From Erysipelotrichaceae bacterium (GTDB taxonomy: Bacteria; Bacillota_I; Bacilli_A; Erysipelotrichales; Erysipelotrichaceae): DNA of 32,000 bases. Every line of letters starts with the position of its first letter. Position 1 is the stretch's first letter. The stretch covers positions 1,860,001-1,892,000 of the forward strand of contig OY781039.1 of NCBI GenBank assembly GCA_963676105.1. Direction: 5' to 3'. A program made the position numbers and the translations under genes. Of this stretch, positions 24,544 through 32,000 are shown in pieces. Under the pieces are notes generated by a model that made no database searches, was not told where the DNA came from, and was given only the letters and a program-made list of their open reading frames with translations.

Positions 24544-25867
24544 TTCTTTCATTCTAATTGCTCTAATAGCTACCAATGCCTTTTTTGCAGCCGCAGAAAT
24601 GGCTATCATATCCATCAATGATACAAAAATAAAAGTAATGGCTGATGATGGCCACAAAAAAGCTTTACGTTTAGTAAAGATTTTAGAGACGCCTACAGAG
24701 TTTTTATCAACCATTCAAGTTGGGATTACATTAGCTGGATTTATGTCGAGTGCCATCGCTTCAGCAACTTTTAGTGATGATGTTACAGCTTATTTATTGA
24801 ACTATATACCTACAACTAAAGAAGTATTGACACCGATTGTGATGGTATTAATTACACTCGCTATCTCATATTTATCGTTAGTTTTTGGTGAATTGGTCCC
24901 AAAACGAGTTGCGATGCATTATAGTGAAAAGATTGCTTTTGGCACATCAGGTGTAATTTTAGTGGTTGGCAAGATTACTAAACCTTTAGTTCGATTACTA
25001 AGTTTTTCAACCAAGACAATATTACGTTTATTGGGCATAGATCCAAATGTTCAACCTGAGAAAATTACTGAAGAAGAAATTCGAATGATGGTTGATGTCG
25101 GTGAAGAAAAAGGAACGATTCGTGAAACTGAAAAAGAAATGATTAACAACATCTTTGAATTTGATAATTCAGAAGTTGCAGATATCATGACGCACCGAAC
25201 GGATGTTGTAGGGATTGATGTGAAGTCTAGCTTAGAAGACGTAAAACATACTTTAATTAATCAACAATATACGCGATATCCAGTTTATGAAGATAATATT
25301 GACCATGTGGTTGGGACAATCCATTTGAAAGATATTCTACGTTACATGGATTCTGATCAAACAACGAAATTTAATTTAAAGAAAATCATGCGTAAGCCTT
25401 ATTTTGTGCCTGATTCAAAACATTTAGATGAACTATTCTTTGAACTTCAAAAGAATCGTACCCATTTTGCGGTTGCGATTGATGAATACGGTGGAACTGC
25501 AGGTATTGTTACAATTGAAGACTTAATTGAGGAAATCTTAGGTGATATTGAAGATGAGTATGACGAGGAAGAAAATGAATTCGTTAAACTCAATGGCTAT
25601 ACCTATGATGTTTCAGGTTCAATTGAACTGGATGAGTTAGATGAAGATGCGGCATTAAATCTTCCTAAAGAAGACTTAGAGGATTACGATACTTTAAGTG
25701 GTTTATTAATCGCTCAATTAGGACGTATCCCAAATGAAAAAGAACTCATTGAAATTACCTATAATAATTTACGCTTCAAAATCTTAAAAGTAGAAGATAA
25801 AGTTATAAGTCGAGTTCGTATTATTAAAACAAAACCTAAAAAAGCAAAAACAAAAGACGCCGAGTAA
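24536..25867 (+). CDS. Hemolysin-family / CNNM-type protein (DUF21 - CBS pair - CorC_HlyC)
   Basis: N-terminal 4-TM DUF21 (FFAAAEMAIIS), a CBS pair (ADIMTHRTDV...) and a C-terminal CorC/HlyC transporter-associated domain. Confidence 0.85.
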   Translation: MLNSFILIALIATNAFFAAAEMAIISINDTKIKVMADDGHKKALRLVKILETPTEFLSTIQVGITLAGFMSSAIASATFSDDVTAYLLNYIPTTKEVLTPIVMVLITLAISYLSLVFGELVPKRVAMHYSEKIAFGTSGVILVVGKITKPLVRLLSFSTKTILRLLGIDPNVQPEKITEEEIRMMVDVGEEKGTIRETEKEMINNIFEFDNSEVADIMTHRTDVVGIDVKSSLEDVKHTLINQQYTRYPVYEDNIDHVVGTIHLKDILRYMDSDQTTKFNLKKIMRKPYFVPDSKHLDELFFELQKNRTHFAVAIDEYGGTAGIVTIEDLIEEILGDIEDEYDEEENEFVKLNGYTYDVSGSIELDELDEDAALNLPKEDLEDYDTLSGLLIAQLGRIPNEKELIEITYNNLRFKILKVEDKVISRVRIIKTKPKKAKTKDAE

Positions 25868-25877
25868 GCGTCTTTTT
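25853..25877. terminator. Bidirectional terminator between the CNNM-type gene and namA
   Basis: 8-bp stem AAAGACGC / GCGTCTTT, 7-nt loop. It overlaps both stop codons. Confidence 0.75.
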
Positions 25878-26889
25878 ACTTATAAGCTCTAAGATATGGT
25901 TCAGGAATTAAATCTTTTAAGCCTGCCTTTTTGTATTCTGCATTCACAAAATAAGGGTTTCTAAGAAGTTCTCTGCCTAAGGCTACATAGTCAGCTTTAT
26001 CTTCAATGAGAATCGATTCAATCTCTTCAGCTTTGGTAATCAAACCAACCGCAATCACAGGAATATCTAAAGCGTTTTTAATCTCAGCCGCAAACTCTAC
26101 TTGGTATAGTGGCGCAAGTGGAATGTGTCTTAAAACATTACCACCTGAACTTACATGGACAACATCTAAGTCTTTTGTGACAGGCTTAAGTATTTCTATT
26201 AAATCTTGTGGACTTAAACCGTCTTCATCATAATCACTAGCAGAGATACGTACCAATAAGAATGTTTCATCTTTGAGTGCTGCACGCATCTCTGAAATTA
26301 GATCTCTTAAAATACGAGCTCTATTCTCTAATGAGCCTCCATAATTATCTTTACGGTGATTACTTAAAGGTGATAAAAATTCATGTAGTAAATAACCATG
26401 GGCTGCATGGATCTCTATTCCATCAAAACCTGCTAGTTCTGCACGAAGTGCCGCTTGAATAAAAGCACTTTGAATATCTTTGATTTCTTGTTCACTCATT
26501 TCAACGGGTTTCATATAATCCTCGCTAAAAGGAATGGATGAAGGTGCAATATGAGGGCTTGCACAAGATTCGCTCTTACGACCTGCATGGGCTAATTGAA
26601 TAGCTGCTTTAGAACCATAACGATGAATCTCATCGACTAATTGTTTTTGTCCTTCAATTAAATCATCATCCCAAAGCCCTAAGTCATTGTCACTTATGCG
26701 CCCTTCTGGCGATACGGCTGTTGCCTCAGTAATGATTAATCCAACACCGCCTAATGATCGTGAACCATAATGTTGTAGATGAAAGGGCATGACATGTCCA
26801 TTCTCTGCTTCGTACATGCACATGGGAGGCATGATAATTTTGTTTTTAAGTTTTGTTTTTCTTAATGTTGTAGGTTGTAAGAAATGCAT
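25876..26889 (-). CDS. namA: NADPH dehydrogenase, Old Yellow Enzyme family (YqjM/NamA type)
   Basis: Motifs PPMCMY, HAAHGYLLHEFLSPLSNHRKDNYGGSLENRARIL and a C-terminal GRELLRNPY. Confidence 0.88.
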   Translation of the reverse strand: MHFLQPTTLRKTKLKNKIIMPPMCMYEAENGHVMPFHLQHYGSRSLGGVGLIITEATAVSPEGRISDNDLGLWDDDLIEGQKQLVDEIHRYGSKAAIQLAHAGRKSESCASPHIAPSSIPFSEDYMKPVEMSEQEIKDIQSAFIQAALRAELAGFDGIEIHAAHGYLLHEFLSPLSNHRKDNYGGSLENRARILRDLISEMRAALKDETFLLVRISASDYDEDGLSPQDLIEILKPVTKDLDVVHVSSGGNVLRHIPLAPLYQVEFAAEIKNALDIPVIAVGLITKAEEIESILIEDKADYVALGRELLRNPYFVNAEYKKAGLKDLIPEPYLRAYK

Positions 26890-26991
26890 ATTTTCTCCTT
26901 GACTGTTAAAATAAATTTAACCTAAATGCTTATTCAAAGACAAGTTGAATACTCAGCACAGGTAAAAAAGCATACAAATTTATGGAAAGTA

Positions 26992-27000
26992 TGTTATATT
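26992..27000 (+). promoter_or_regulatory. Extended -10 TGtTATATT upstream of the ECF S-component gene
   Basis: TGnTATATT about 30 nt before ATG 27030, with ATACAA 17 nt upstream as a weak -35. Confidence 0.35.
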
Positions 27001-27029
27001 TGTTGAGATTTAAGAAAGGTGGACATTTT

Positions 27030-27611
27030 ATGAACACACATAGACAAAGAATTGTACAGATGACAACTTTAGCACTTTTAATTGCCTTGATTATCTTAAT
27101 GACATTTACACCAAACTTTGGTTATATTCAAACGGGATTGTTTTCAATAACAATTATCCATATTCCAGTCCTTATTGGGGCAGCTATTTTAGGTCCTTTA
27201 GGCGGTTTAGTGCTTGGATTAACTTGGGGTATTACCTCATATTTATATGCATTAACGCTAGGAACTATCGAAGCCATGATTTTCTTAAACCCAATGGTTT
27301 CGATTGTACCTAGAATATTAGTAGGACTTATTGTTTCCTATACAGCACTCGCGATAAAGAATTTAAAAATTAAAGATCTTATTCGTTATGCGATTGTCGC
27401 AGCTATTGGAACATTAAGTAATACAATCTTAGTTTTAAGCGCAATCTTCATGTTTGAATCAGCAGGACTTGTTTCCTTTAATCAAGCAGTTGCGACTATT
27501 TATACGATTGTGATTTCTACCAATGGTTTACTAGAATTATCTGCAGCAATTTTCTTAGTTCCTGCCGTTATCACTGCCATTAAACGTATTCGACCAAATT
27601 TATTTGCTTGA
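27030..27611 (+). CDS. ECF-transporter substrate-binding S component (substrate unknown)
   Basis: About 6 TM with an N-terminal pattern (...LALLIALIILMTFTPNFGYIQTG...ITIIHIPVLIGA) typical of group II S components. Start chosen at ATG 27030 (SD AAAGGTGG). No ecfA or ecfT gene is adjacent. Confidence 0.65.
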   Translation: MNTHRQRIVQMTTLALLIALIILMTFTPNFGYIQTGLFSITIIHIPVLIGAAILGPLGGLVLGLTWGITSYLYALTLGTIEAMIFLNPMVSIVPRILVGLIVSYTALAIKNLKIKDLIRYAIVAAIGTLSNTILVLSAIFMFESAGLVSFNQAVATIYTIVISTNGLLELSAAIFLVPAVITAIKRIRPNLFA

Positions 27612-27684
27612 GCATATTGAATGACTTTTCACAATTGACTCGATACGATTAAGACATAAGTTATACGAAAAGGAGAAAAAACTT

Positions 27685-28284
27685 ATGTCATTTGAATTTC
27701 CAAAATTATACTATGCATATGATGCATTAGAACCACATATTGATGCGAGAACGATGGAGATACACCATAGTAAACACCATCAAGCTTATGTCAATAATTT
27801 CAACGCAGCTCTAGAAAAACATCCAGAGCTTACTGAAGATATCTTGGTTTATCTTCAAGATTTAAACAAAGTACCAGAAGATATTCGTACAGCTGTACGA
27901 AACAATGGTGGCGGTGCTTATAACCACGCACTCTTCTGGAAAAACTTAGCTCCAGCAACTGGTCAAAAACCTTCAGCTGACTTAGAAGCAAAACTAACTG
28001 AAGCGTTTGGTTCAGTGGATGCGTTTAAAGAAGCATTCTCTGCAGCAGCTAAAACACGTTTTGGTTCAGGTTGGGCTTGGCTAGTATTAAACACAGATAA
28101 AAAGTTAGAAGTTGTCTCAACAGCTAATCAAGATGTACCAGCAGGTACAGCACTACTCGCATTAGATGTTTGGGAACATGCTTACTATCTTAATTATCAA
28201 AATCGTCGTCCTGATTATGTTGGTGCATTCTGGAATGTCGTTAACTGGGATGAAGTTGAAAATCGACTAAATAACGCGTTATAA
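27685..28284 (+). CDS. sodA: Fe/Mn superoxide dismutase
   Basis: Motifs [22 protein letters not shown] and [27 protein letters not shown]. Confidence 0.92.
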   Translation: MSFEFPKLYYAYDALEPHIDARTMEIHHSKHHQAYVNNFNAALEKHPELTEDILVYLQDLNKVPEDIRTAVRNNGGGAYNHALFWKNLAPATGQKPSADLEAKLTEAFGSVDAFKEAFSAAAKTRFGSGWAWLVLNTDKKLEVVSTANQDVPAGTALLALDVWEHAYYLNYQNRRPDYVGAFWNVVNWDEVENRLNNAL

Positions 28285-28285
28285 T
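28256..28285 (+). promoter_or_regulatory. Promoter TTGAAA-18-TATAAT inside the sodA 3' end, 6 nt before the hemolysin III ATG (leaderless candidate)
   Basis: TTGAAA at 28256-28261 and TATAAT at 28280-28285, which includes the sodA TAA stop. The spacer TAGCGC precedes ATG 28292, with no SD. Confidence 0.5.
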
Positions 28286-28291
28286 TAGCGC

Positions 28292-28939
28292 ATGTCAAAA
28301 AAAGAACATATTAAATTAACTTTAGGAGAAGAAATCGGTAACTCAGTAACCCATGGCGTTATGGCTGTTGGTTTACTAATCGCATTGCCGATTTTTTCTG
28401 TTTTTGCTTATCTTAAAGGTGGATGGGAATACAGCTTTGGGATTAGCGTATTCACAATTTCCCTCTTTCTTATGTTTTTGATGTCAACGCTCTATCATGC
28501 GATGGAACACGATACTAAACATAAACAAATTATGCAGATTTTGGATCACTCAGCCATTTACGTGGCGATTGCGGGAAGTTATACGCCGGTTGCGATATCC
28601 GTAATTAAAGGTTGGCAGGGTGTGCTGATTTTGATTGTTCAGTGGACAATGGTTTTGGGTGGTATTTTATATAAATCTTTAGCTCGTAAACGTATCCCTA
28701 AAGCCTCGCTTGTCATCTATATGACAATGGGATGGGTAGCGGTTCTGTTTATTCCTAAACTTATACAAAATGCTGATATCACATTTTTGATTTGGATCAT
28801 TATTGGTGGTGCATTTTATAGTATAGGTGCGTGGTTTTATAGTCAAAAACATCGCGCTTATTTCCATTTTATATGGCATATCTTTATAGATTTGGCGGCT
28901 GTGAGTCATATTATAGCCATGTTAGTATTCATAAAGTAA
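28292..28939 (+). CDS. Hemolysin III / PAQR family 7-TM protein
   Basis: 7 TM with conserved SxxxH (STLYH), HSAIY and C-terminal HxxxH-like (HIFIDLAAVSH) motifs. Confidence 0.88.
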   Translation: MSKKEHIKLTLGEEIGNSVTHGVMAVGLLIALPIFSVFAYLKGGWEYSFGISVFTISLFLMFLMSTLYHAMEHDTKHKQIMQILDHSAIYVAIAGSYTPVAISVIKGWQGVLILIVQWTMVLGGILYKSLARKRIPKASLVIYMTMGWVAVLFIPKLIQNADITFLIWIIIGGAFYSIGAWFYSQKHRAYFHFIWHIFIDLAAVSHIIAMLVFIK

Positions 28940-28944
28940 AAATT

Positions 28945-28968
28945 ACATCCCAAATGGGATGTTTACTT
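28945..28968 (+). terminator. Rho-independent terminator after the hemolysin III gene
   Basis: Stem ACATCCC / GGGATGT, loop AAAT, then a T-rich tail. Confidence 0.65.
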
Positions 28969-28996
28969 TATAATAGGGTATAAGGAGAATTTTTTT

Positions 28997-30235
28997 ATGA
29001 AACTCACAAAAACTGAGAAGAGTTGGATTAAATATGATGTGGCAAATTCTGCTTTCTCACTCATTACATCCGCTACCATTCCATTGTGGTTTGCTTACCT
29101 CTATTCATTAGATCCTGTAGGTGATATTCCACATACAACATTCTTTGCGATTACGACATCAATTTCGGTTGCGATTATTGCGTTATTAAGTCCTGCTTTA
29201 GGAGCGATTGCCGATCATAAAGGCATGAAGAAAAAACTATTTATTGGTTCTGTTGCTTTAGGTATCTTAGGTGGTTTTGCCTTTACTGCGGTTAATCAAT
29301 GGGTCGCCTTCTTAGTTCTATTTATCTTATCCCGTACAGGTTATTCATTAGCGAATGTCTTCTATGATTCAATGTTAATCGATGTCACCACAGATGAAAA
29401 CATGGATAAACTATCCTCCTATGGCTATGCCTTTGGTTATGTGGGTAGTACAATTCCATTTATTGTCGGGTTAATCTTTGTCTTAATGCCGGATTTATTT
29501 GGTTTAAGTACGGATATGGGAATGAAGATTTCCTTTGTGATTACTTTTATTTGGTGGTTTGTTTTTACACTACCGCTATTAAGGGATGTTCAACAAACCT
29601 ATTACACAGAATCTGAAAAGCACTTAATCTCAAAATCATTTAAAGAAATTGGAAAAACCTTTAATAAGATTAAAGAAAACAAAATTATGTTTTACTACAT
29701 TATTGGTTACTTCTTCTATATTGATGGTGTATATACCATTATTTCAATGGCCTCATCTTTTGGGGCAGAAGTAGGTCTAGAAACATCAGGGATGATTATG
29801 GCCTTGTTGTTTACTCAATTCATTGCCTTCCCATTTGCGATTTTAGCTGGTAAACTAGCCCAAAAAATTAAAGTCTTAACACTACTAAAATTCTATATTC
29901 TGATTTATGCTGGGGTTGCAGTCTTTGGTTTCTTCTTAGAATCTCAATGGCAGTTTTGGGTATTGGCGGCAGTCGTTGGTTTAGCTCAAGGTGGTGTTCA
30001 ATCACTATCTCGTTCGTTCTTTGGTCGCTTAGTTCCTAAAGAAAATTCCAATGAGTACTTTGGCTTCTTTAATATCTTTGGTAAGTATGCTGATTTATTA
30101 GGCCCAATTCTTATGGCAATATCTGGTTTTGTCTTTAAACAATCTAAATACGCCATTCTCTTCTTAGTTGTCTTCTTTATCATCGGTTATGTTTTATTAG
30201 ATAAAGTCGATAAATTGATGACTCAAAATGCATAA
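28997..30235 (+). CDS. MFS transporter (UMF1/Atg22-like)
   Basis: 412 aa with 12 predicted TM. The N-terminal KSWIKYDVANSAF pattern is typical of the UMF1 family. SD TAAGGAG. Confidence 0.8.
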   Translation: MKLTKTEKSWIKYDVANSAFSLITSATIPLWFAYLYSLDPVGDIPHTTFFAITTSISVAIIALLSPALGAIADHKGMKKKLFIGSVALGILGGFAFTAVNQWVAFLVLFILSRTGYSLANVFYDSMLIDVTTDENMDKLSSYGYAFGYVGSTIPFIVGLIFVLMPDLFGLSTDMGMKISFVITFIWWFVFTLPLLRDVQQTYYTESEKHLISKSFKEIGKTFNKIKENKIMFYYIIGYFFYIDGVYTIISMASSFGAEVGLETSGMIMALLFTQFIAFPFAILAGKLAQKIKVLTLLKFYILIYAGVAVFGFFLESQWQFWVLAAVVGLAQGGVQSLSRSFFGRLVPKENSNEYFGFFNIFGKYADLLGPILMAISGFVFKQSKYAILFLVVFFIIGYVLLDKVDKLMTQNA

Positions 30236-30256
30236 AAGCCTCAGTGAGGCTTTTTA
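30234..30256. terminator. Bidirectional terminator between the MFS and response regulator genes
   Basis: 9-bp stem AAAAGCCTC / GAGGCTTTT, loop AGT. Confidence 0.8.
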
Positions 30257-31258
30257 TTTTGCGATAAGGTATTTTTCACTTACGTTTTTTACATAATATT
30301 TTTTAAGAATATTATTGTAGTGTTCAATGCTATCCATATCCACTAAAAAGGGTTTGAAATCAAATATGGCAGTTTTGAGTTTCTCAAACTGTTTTTCTTC
30401 TTCTAAGAGTTCAACATATTTTCGATAGCATTCAATGATTCTATCTTCTGCAGAAATATAATATCGGATGACCCACTCATTAGACATGTTTGTTAATAAG
30501 CCTTTACTATAAATATGGATCATGTCTTCACAATTCTCTAAAGTGCATGTTTGTGTAGGGTAAGTAATAAATTTCTTATAATCTATTTCAACATTGTTTA
30601 GTTCTAATTGGTAGCCATCTTCAGTTGTTACGATATGGATATAATCTTTTAAAGGTCTTAAGTCTTTTCGTAATTGATAAATTTGTGTTTGAAGATGAAT
30701 GATCGCTTTTTTCATTTCCAAATCCGAATATAAATCATCAATTAACTGATCACGACTTGAGAAAAAATCATGGAGGACTAAATGAGCTAGAATTTCTTTA
30801 GATTTATTACGTCTAAAATGAACATTTCTATAACCGTTTTTTACTTCCATATGTCCAAATAATTTAATTTTTACATCACCAGTAATTTTTAAGACAGGTT
30901 TATCTAATTTACGAGCGATTTTCGTGATACATAATTTAATTCTTTTTGGATCTATTGGTTTTAAGATATAATCCATCGCTTGGATTTCAAATGCTTCAGC
31001 CGCATAGTTGTTAAAGCTGGTAATAAAAACGATAGGTAGATGTGGATTGGCTTCCAAGAGTTTATGGGCTAGATACAGTCCATCATAAACAGGCATTGAA
31101 ATATCTAAAAAGGCTGCATCTACTTTTATATTTTTTATGTCTTCTAGAACTGAAACAGGATCATGATAACTAACGACTTCATCCTTTGTGATCGACTTTA
31201 CAACGCTGACAAGTTCAGCTAATGTTGCCTTTTCATCTTCTACGATTAGTATTCTCAT
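30254..31258 (-). CDS. Response regulator: REC domain + SARP-type winged-helix + BTAD-like C-terminal domain
   Basis: REC: MRILIVEDE...FLDISMP...IVFITSFNNYAAEAFEIQAMDYILKP. The middle region (IKLFGHMEVKNGYRNVHFRRNKSKEILAHLVL...YQLRKDL...GYQL) resembles a SARP/OmpR wHTH. The helical tail is BTAD-like. Confidence 0.7.
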   Translation of the reverse strand: MRILIVEDEKATLAELVSVVKSITKDEVVSYHDPVSVLEDIKNIKVDAAFLDISMPVYDGLYLAHKLLEANPHLPIVFITSFNNYAAEAFEIQAMDYILKPIDPKRIKLCITKIARKLDKPVLKITGDVKIKLFGHMEVKNGYRNVHFRRNKSKEILAHLVLHDFFSSRDQLIDDLYSDLEMKKAIIHLQTQIYQLRKDLRPLKDYIHIVTTEDGYQLELNNVEIDYKKFITYPTQTCTLENCEDMIHIYSKGLLTNMSNEWVIRYYISAEDRIIECYRKYVELLEEEKQFEKLKTAIFDFKPFLVDMDSIEHYNNILKKYYVKNVSEKYLIAK

Positions 31259-32000
31259 TTTATTTCCCCCTTATTTATTCTAAAATAAACACGTGTCCCT
31301 TCATTTTCACTACTTTCAATCTGTAGTGTTGTCCCATAAAATGCTTTTAGTCTTGCGTTGATATTTGATAAACCAAAATGTTCTTTTGAATTAAACTCAC
31401 AAAGTTGTTTAACTTTGTCTGCTTTCATCCCAATACCATTGTCAATGACTTCAAATAGATAAGCTGTTTGTTCATTAATGATATTTAAATGAACACTTCC
31501 ACCGTAGCGTTTCTTTGAAATACCATGTTGTATCGCATTTTCGACAAGTGGTTGCAAAGTAAGAATTGGAATATCAATTGTAATATTTTCGTCAATATTA
31601 TATTCAATGTTCAAACGATCTGAATAACGAGATTTTTCGATTGAAAGATAAGCTTTAATTAATTCTAATTCTTCCTTAAGTGTAATCATGCCTTCTTTAG
31701 GTATATTGTCGAAACTCTTTCTTAAAAACACTGATAAATCTTGAATGTTTTCTTTTGCGATTTCAGGATTTGTAGAGATATTGGATGAGATAACACTTAA
31801 GGCATTAAATAGAAAATGTGGTTTAATCTGACTCTGACGAACTAACATAGCTGATTCAGAAGCATTCAATCGAATATGACTTAACCGTTTAAACCGTTCA
31901 ATTCTTGAGAATAGTTCTTTTTTATTTGAGGATGAACTAATCACATCATCTGCTCCTAAATAGAAAGCGATATTTCTTTCTTCATCGTTTGAAACAATCA
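31255..32000 (-). CDS. Sensor histidine kinase of the LytS/YesM type (His_kinase + HATPase_c) preceded by a receiver-like domain; 5' end outside window
   Basis: QIKPHFLFNAL (H-box of the LytS-type kinase family) and an HATPase_c with N/G boxes (ENAIQHG, DNGIGM, GLSN). The frame stays open upstream of the ORF-track GTG and reads ...IVSNDEERNIAFYLGADDVI, the end of a REC fold. 4-nt overlap with the regulator gene. Confidence 0.75.
   Translation of the reverse strand, partial: IVSNDEERNIAFYLGADDVISSSSNKKELFSRIERFKRLSHIRLNASESAMLVRQSQIKPHFLFNALSVISSNISTNPEIAKENIQDLSVFLRKSFDNIPKEGMITLKEELELIKAYLSIEKSRYSDRLNIEYNIDENITIDIPILTLQPLVENAIQHGISKKRYGGSVHLNIINEQTAYLFEVIDNGIGMKADKVKQLCEFNSKEHFGLSNINARLKAFYGTTLQIESSENEGTRVYFRINKGEIK

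Noticed and set aside
26982-27029. ORF-track start at 26982 for the ECF S component
   Set aside because: The upstream 16 codons contain the candidate -10 element and the SD (AAAGGTGG) that serves ATG 27030. S components normally start just before TM1.
27612-27684. Rex-like or PerR-like box upstream of sodA (TTGAATGACTTTTCACAA)
   Set aside because: Only the right half (TTCACAA) matches Rex, and the left half matches 3/7. There is no PerR/Fur-type TTATAAT-N-ATTATAA palindrome.
24536-28939. Two genes with hemolysin-type names (CorC/HlyC family and hemolysin III) as a virulence or toxin locus
   Set aside because: Both belong to widespread housekeeping membrane-protein families (CNNM/CorC and PAQR). 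They are separated by unrelated genes and show no secretion, activation or mobility genes.
31942-31944. GTG at 31944 as the start of the histidine kinase
   Set aside because: The reading frame is open to the window edge. The upstream residues (FYLGADDVI) look like the end of a receiver domain, so the gene is 5'-truncated by the window.
1-32000. Mobile elements, prophage, CRISPR arrays, tRNA/rRNA genes and long direct or inverted repeats
   Set aside because: None seen. There are no transposase, integrase or recombinase-like ORFs, no repeat-spacer periodicity, and no intergenic gap large enough for a structured RNA gene apart from the glycine riboswitch.

Overview
This is an AT-rich, gene-dense chromosomal segment that looks like a low-GC Bacillota-type bacterium with an anaerobic or fermentative lifestyle; I cannot name the species from sequence alone. 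Nearly every large ORF has a recognisable family. On the + strand the window starts with a partial Hsp20 and a YbaK-type editing protein, then a BadF-type sugar kinase and a Gfo/Idh/MocA oxidoreductase, with uppP on the opposite strand. Next come an [FeFe]-hydrogenase and a 2-hydroxyacid dehydrogenase, a CBS-type family II pyrophosphatase, and a second Gfo/Idh/MocA enzyme. These are followed by a Nudix hydrolase and a HAD-IB phosphatase translationally coupled to a HEPN-like/CBS protein. The minus strand then carries an RND operon (lipoprotein adaptor, RND pump, TetR) and gcvT-gcvH-gcvPA-gcvPB behind a tandem glycine riboswitch. After that come a glutaredoxin-like protein, a polyprenol-kinase-family membrane protein, rlmA-like, xth, cca, a DUF21-CBS-CorC protein, namA, an ECF S component, sodA, hemolysin III and an MFS transporter. 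The window ends with an atypical two-component pair: a REC-SARP/BTAD regulator and a REC-LytS-type kinase that runs off the window edge. I saw no tRNA or rRNA genes, CRISPR arrays, transposases, integrases or long repeats, so this is not an obvious mobile or defence island. Five observations seem most worth a second look. (1) Two tandem Rex-like 18-bp operators overlap the promoter of the hydrogenase/2-hydroxyacid dehydrogenase pair. (2) Five genes have a -10 box placed 6-7 nt before the ATG and no Shine-Dalgarno, suggesting leaderless mRNAs; one of these promoters sits inside the 3' end of sodA. (3) A protein with an N-terminal Rx4H (HEPN-like) module fused to a CBS pair is coupled to a HAD phosphatase and lies next to a Nudix gene. 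This is the best candidate for an uncharacterised small system, but it rests on inference. (4) The RND pump carries a cytoplasmic HeH/SAP-like C-terminal tail that overlaps the tetR start. (5) The domain architecture of the two-component pair at the right edge is unusual.
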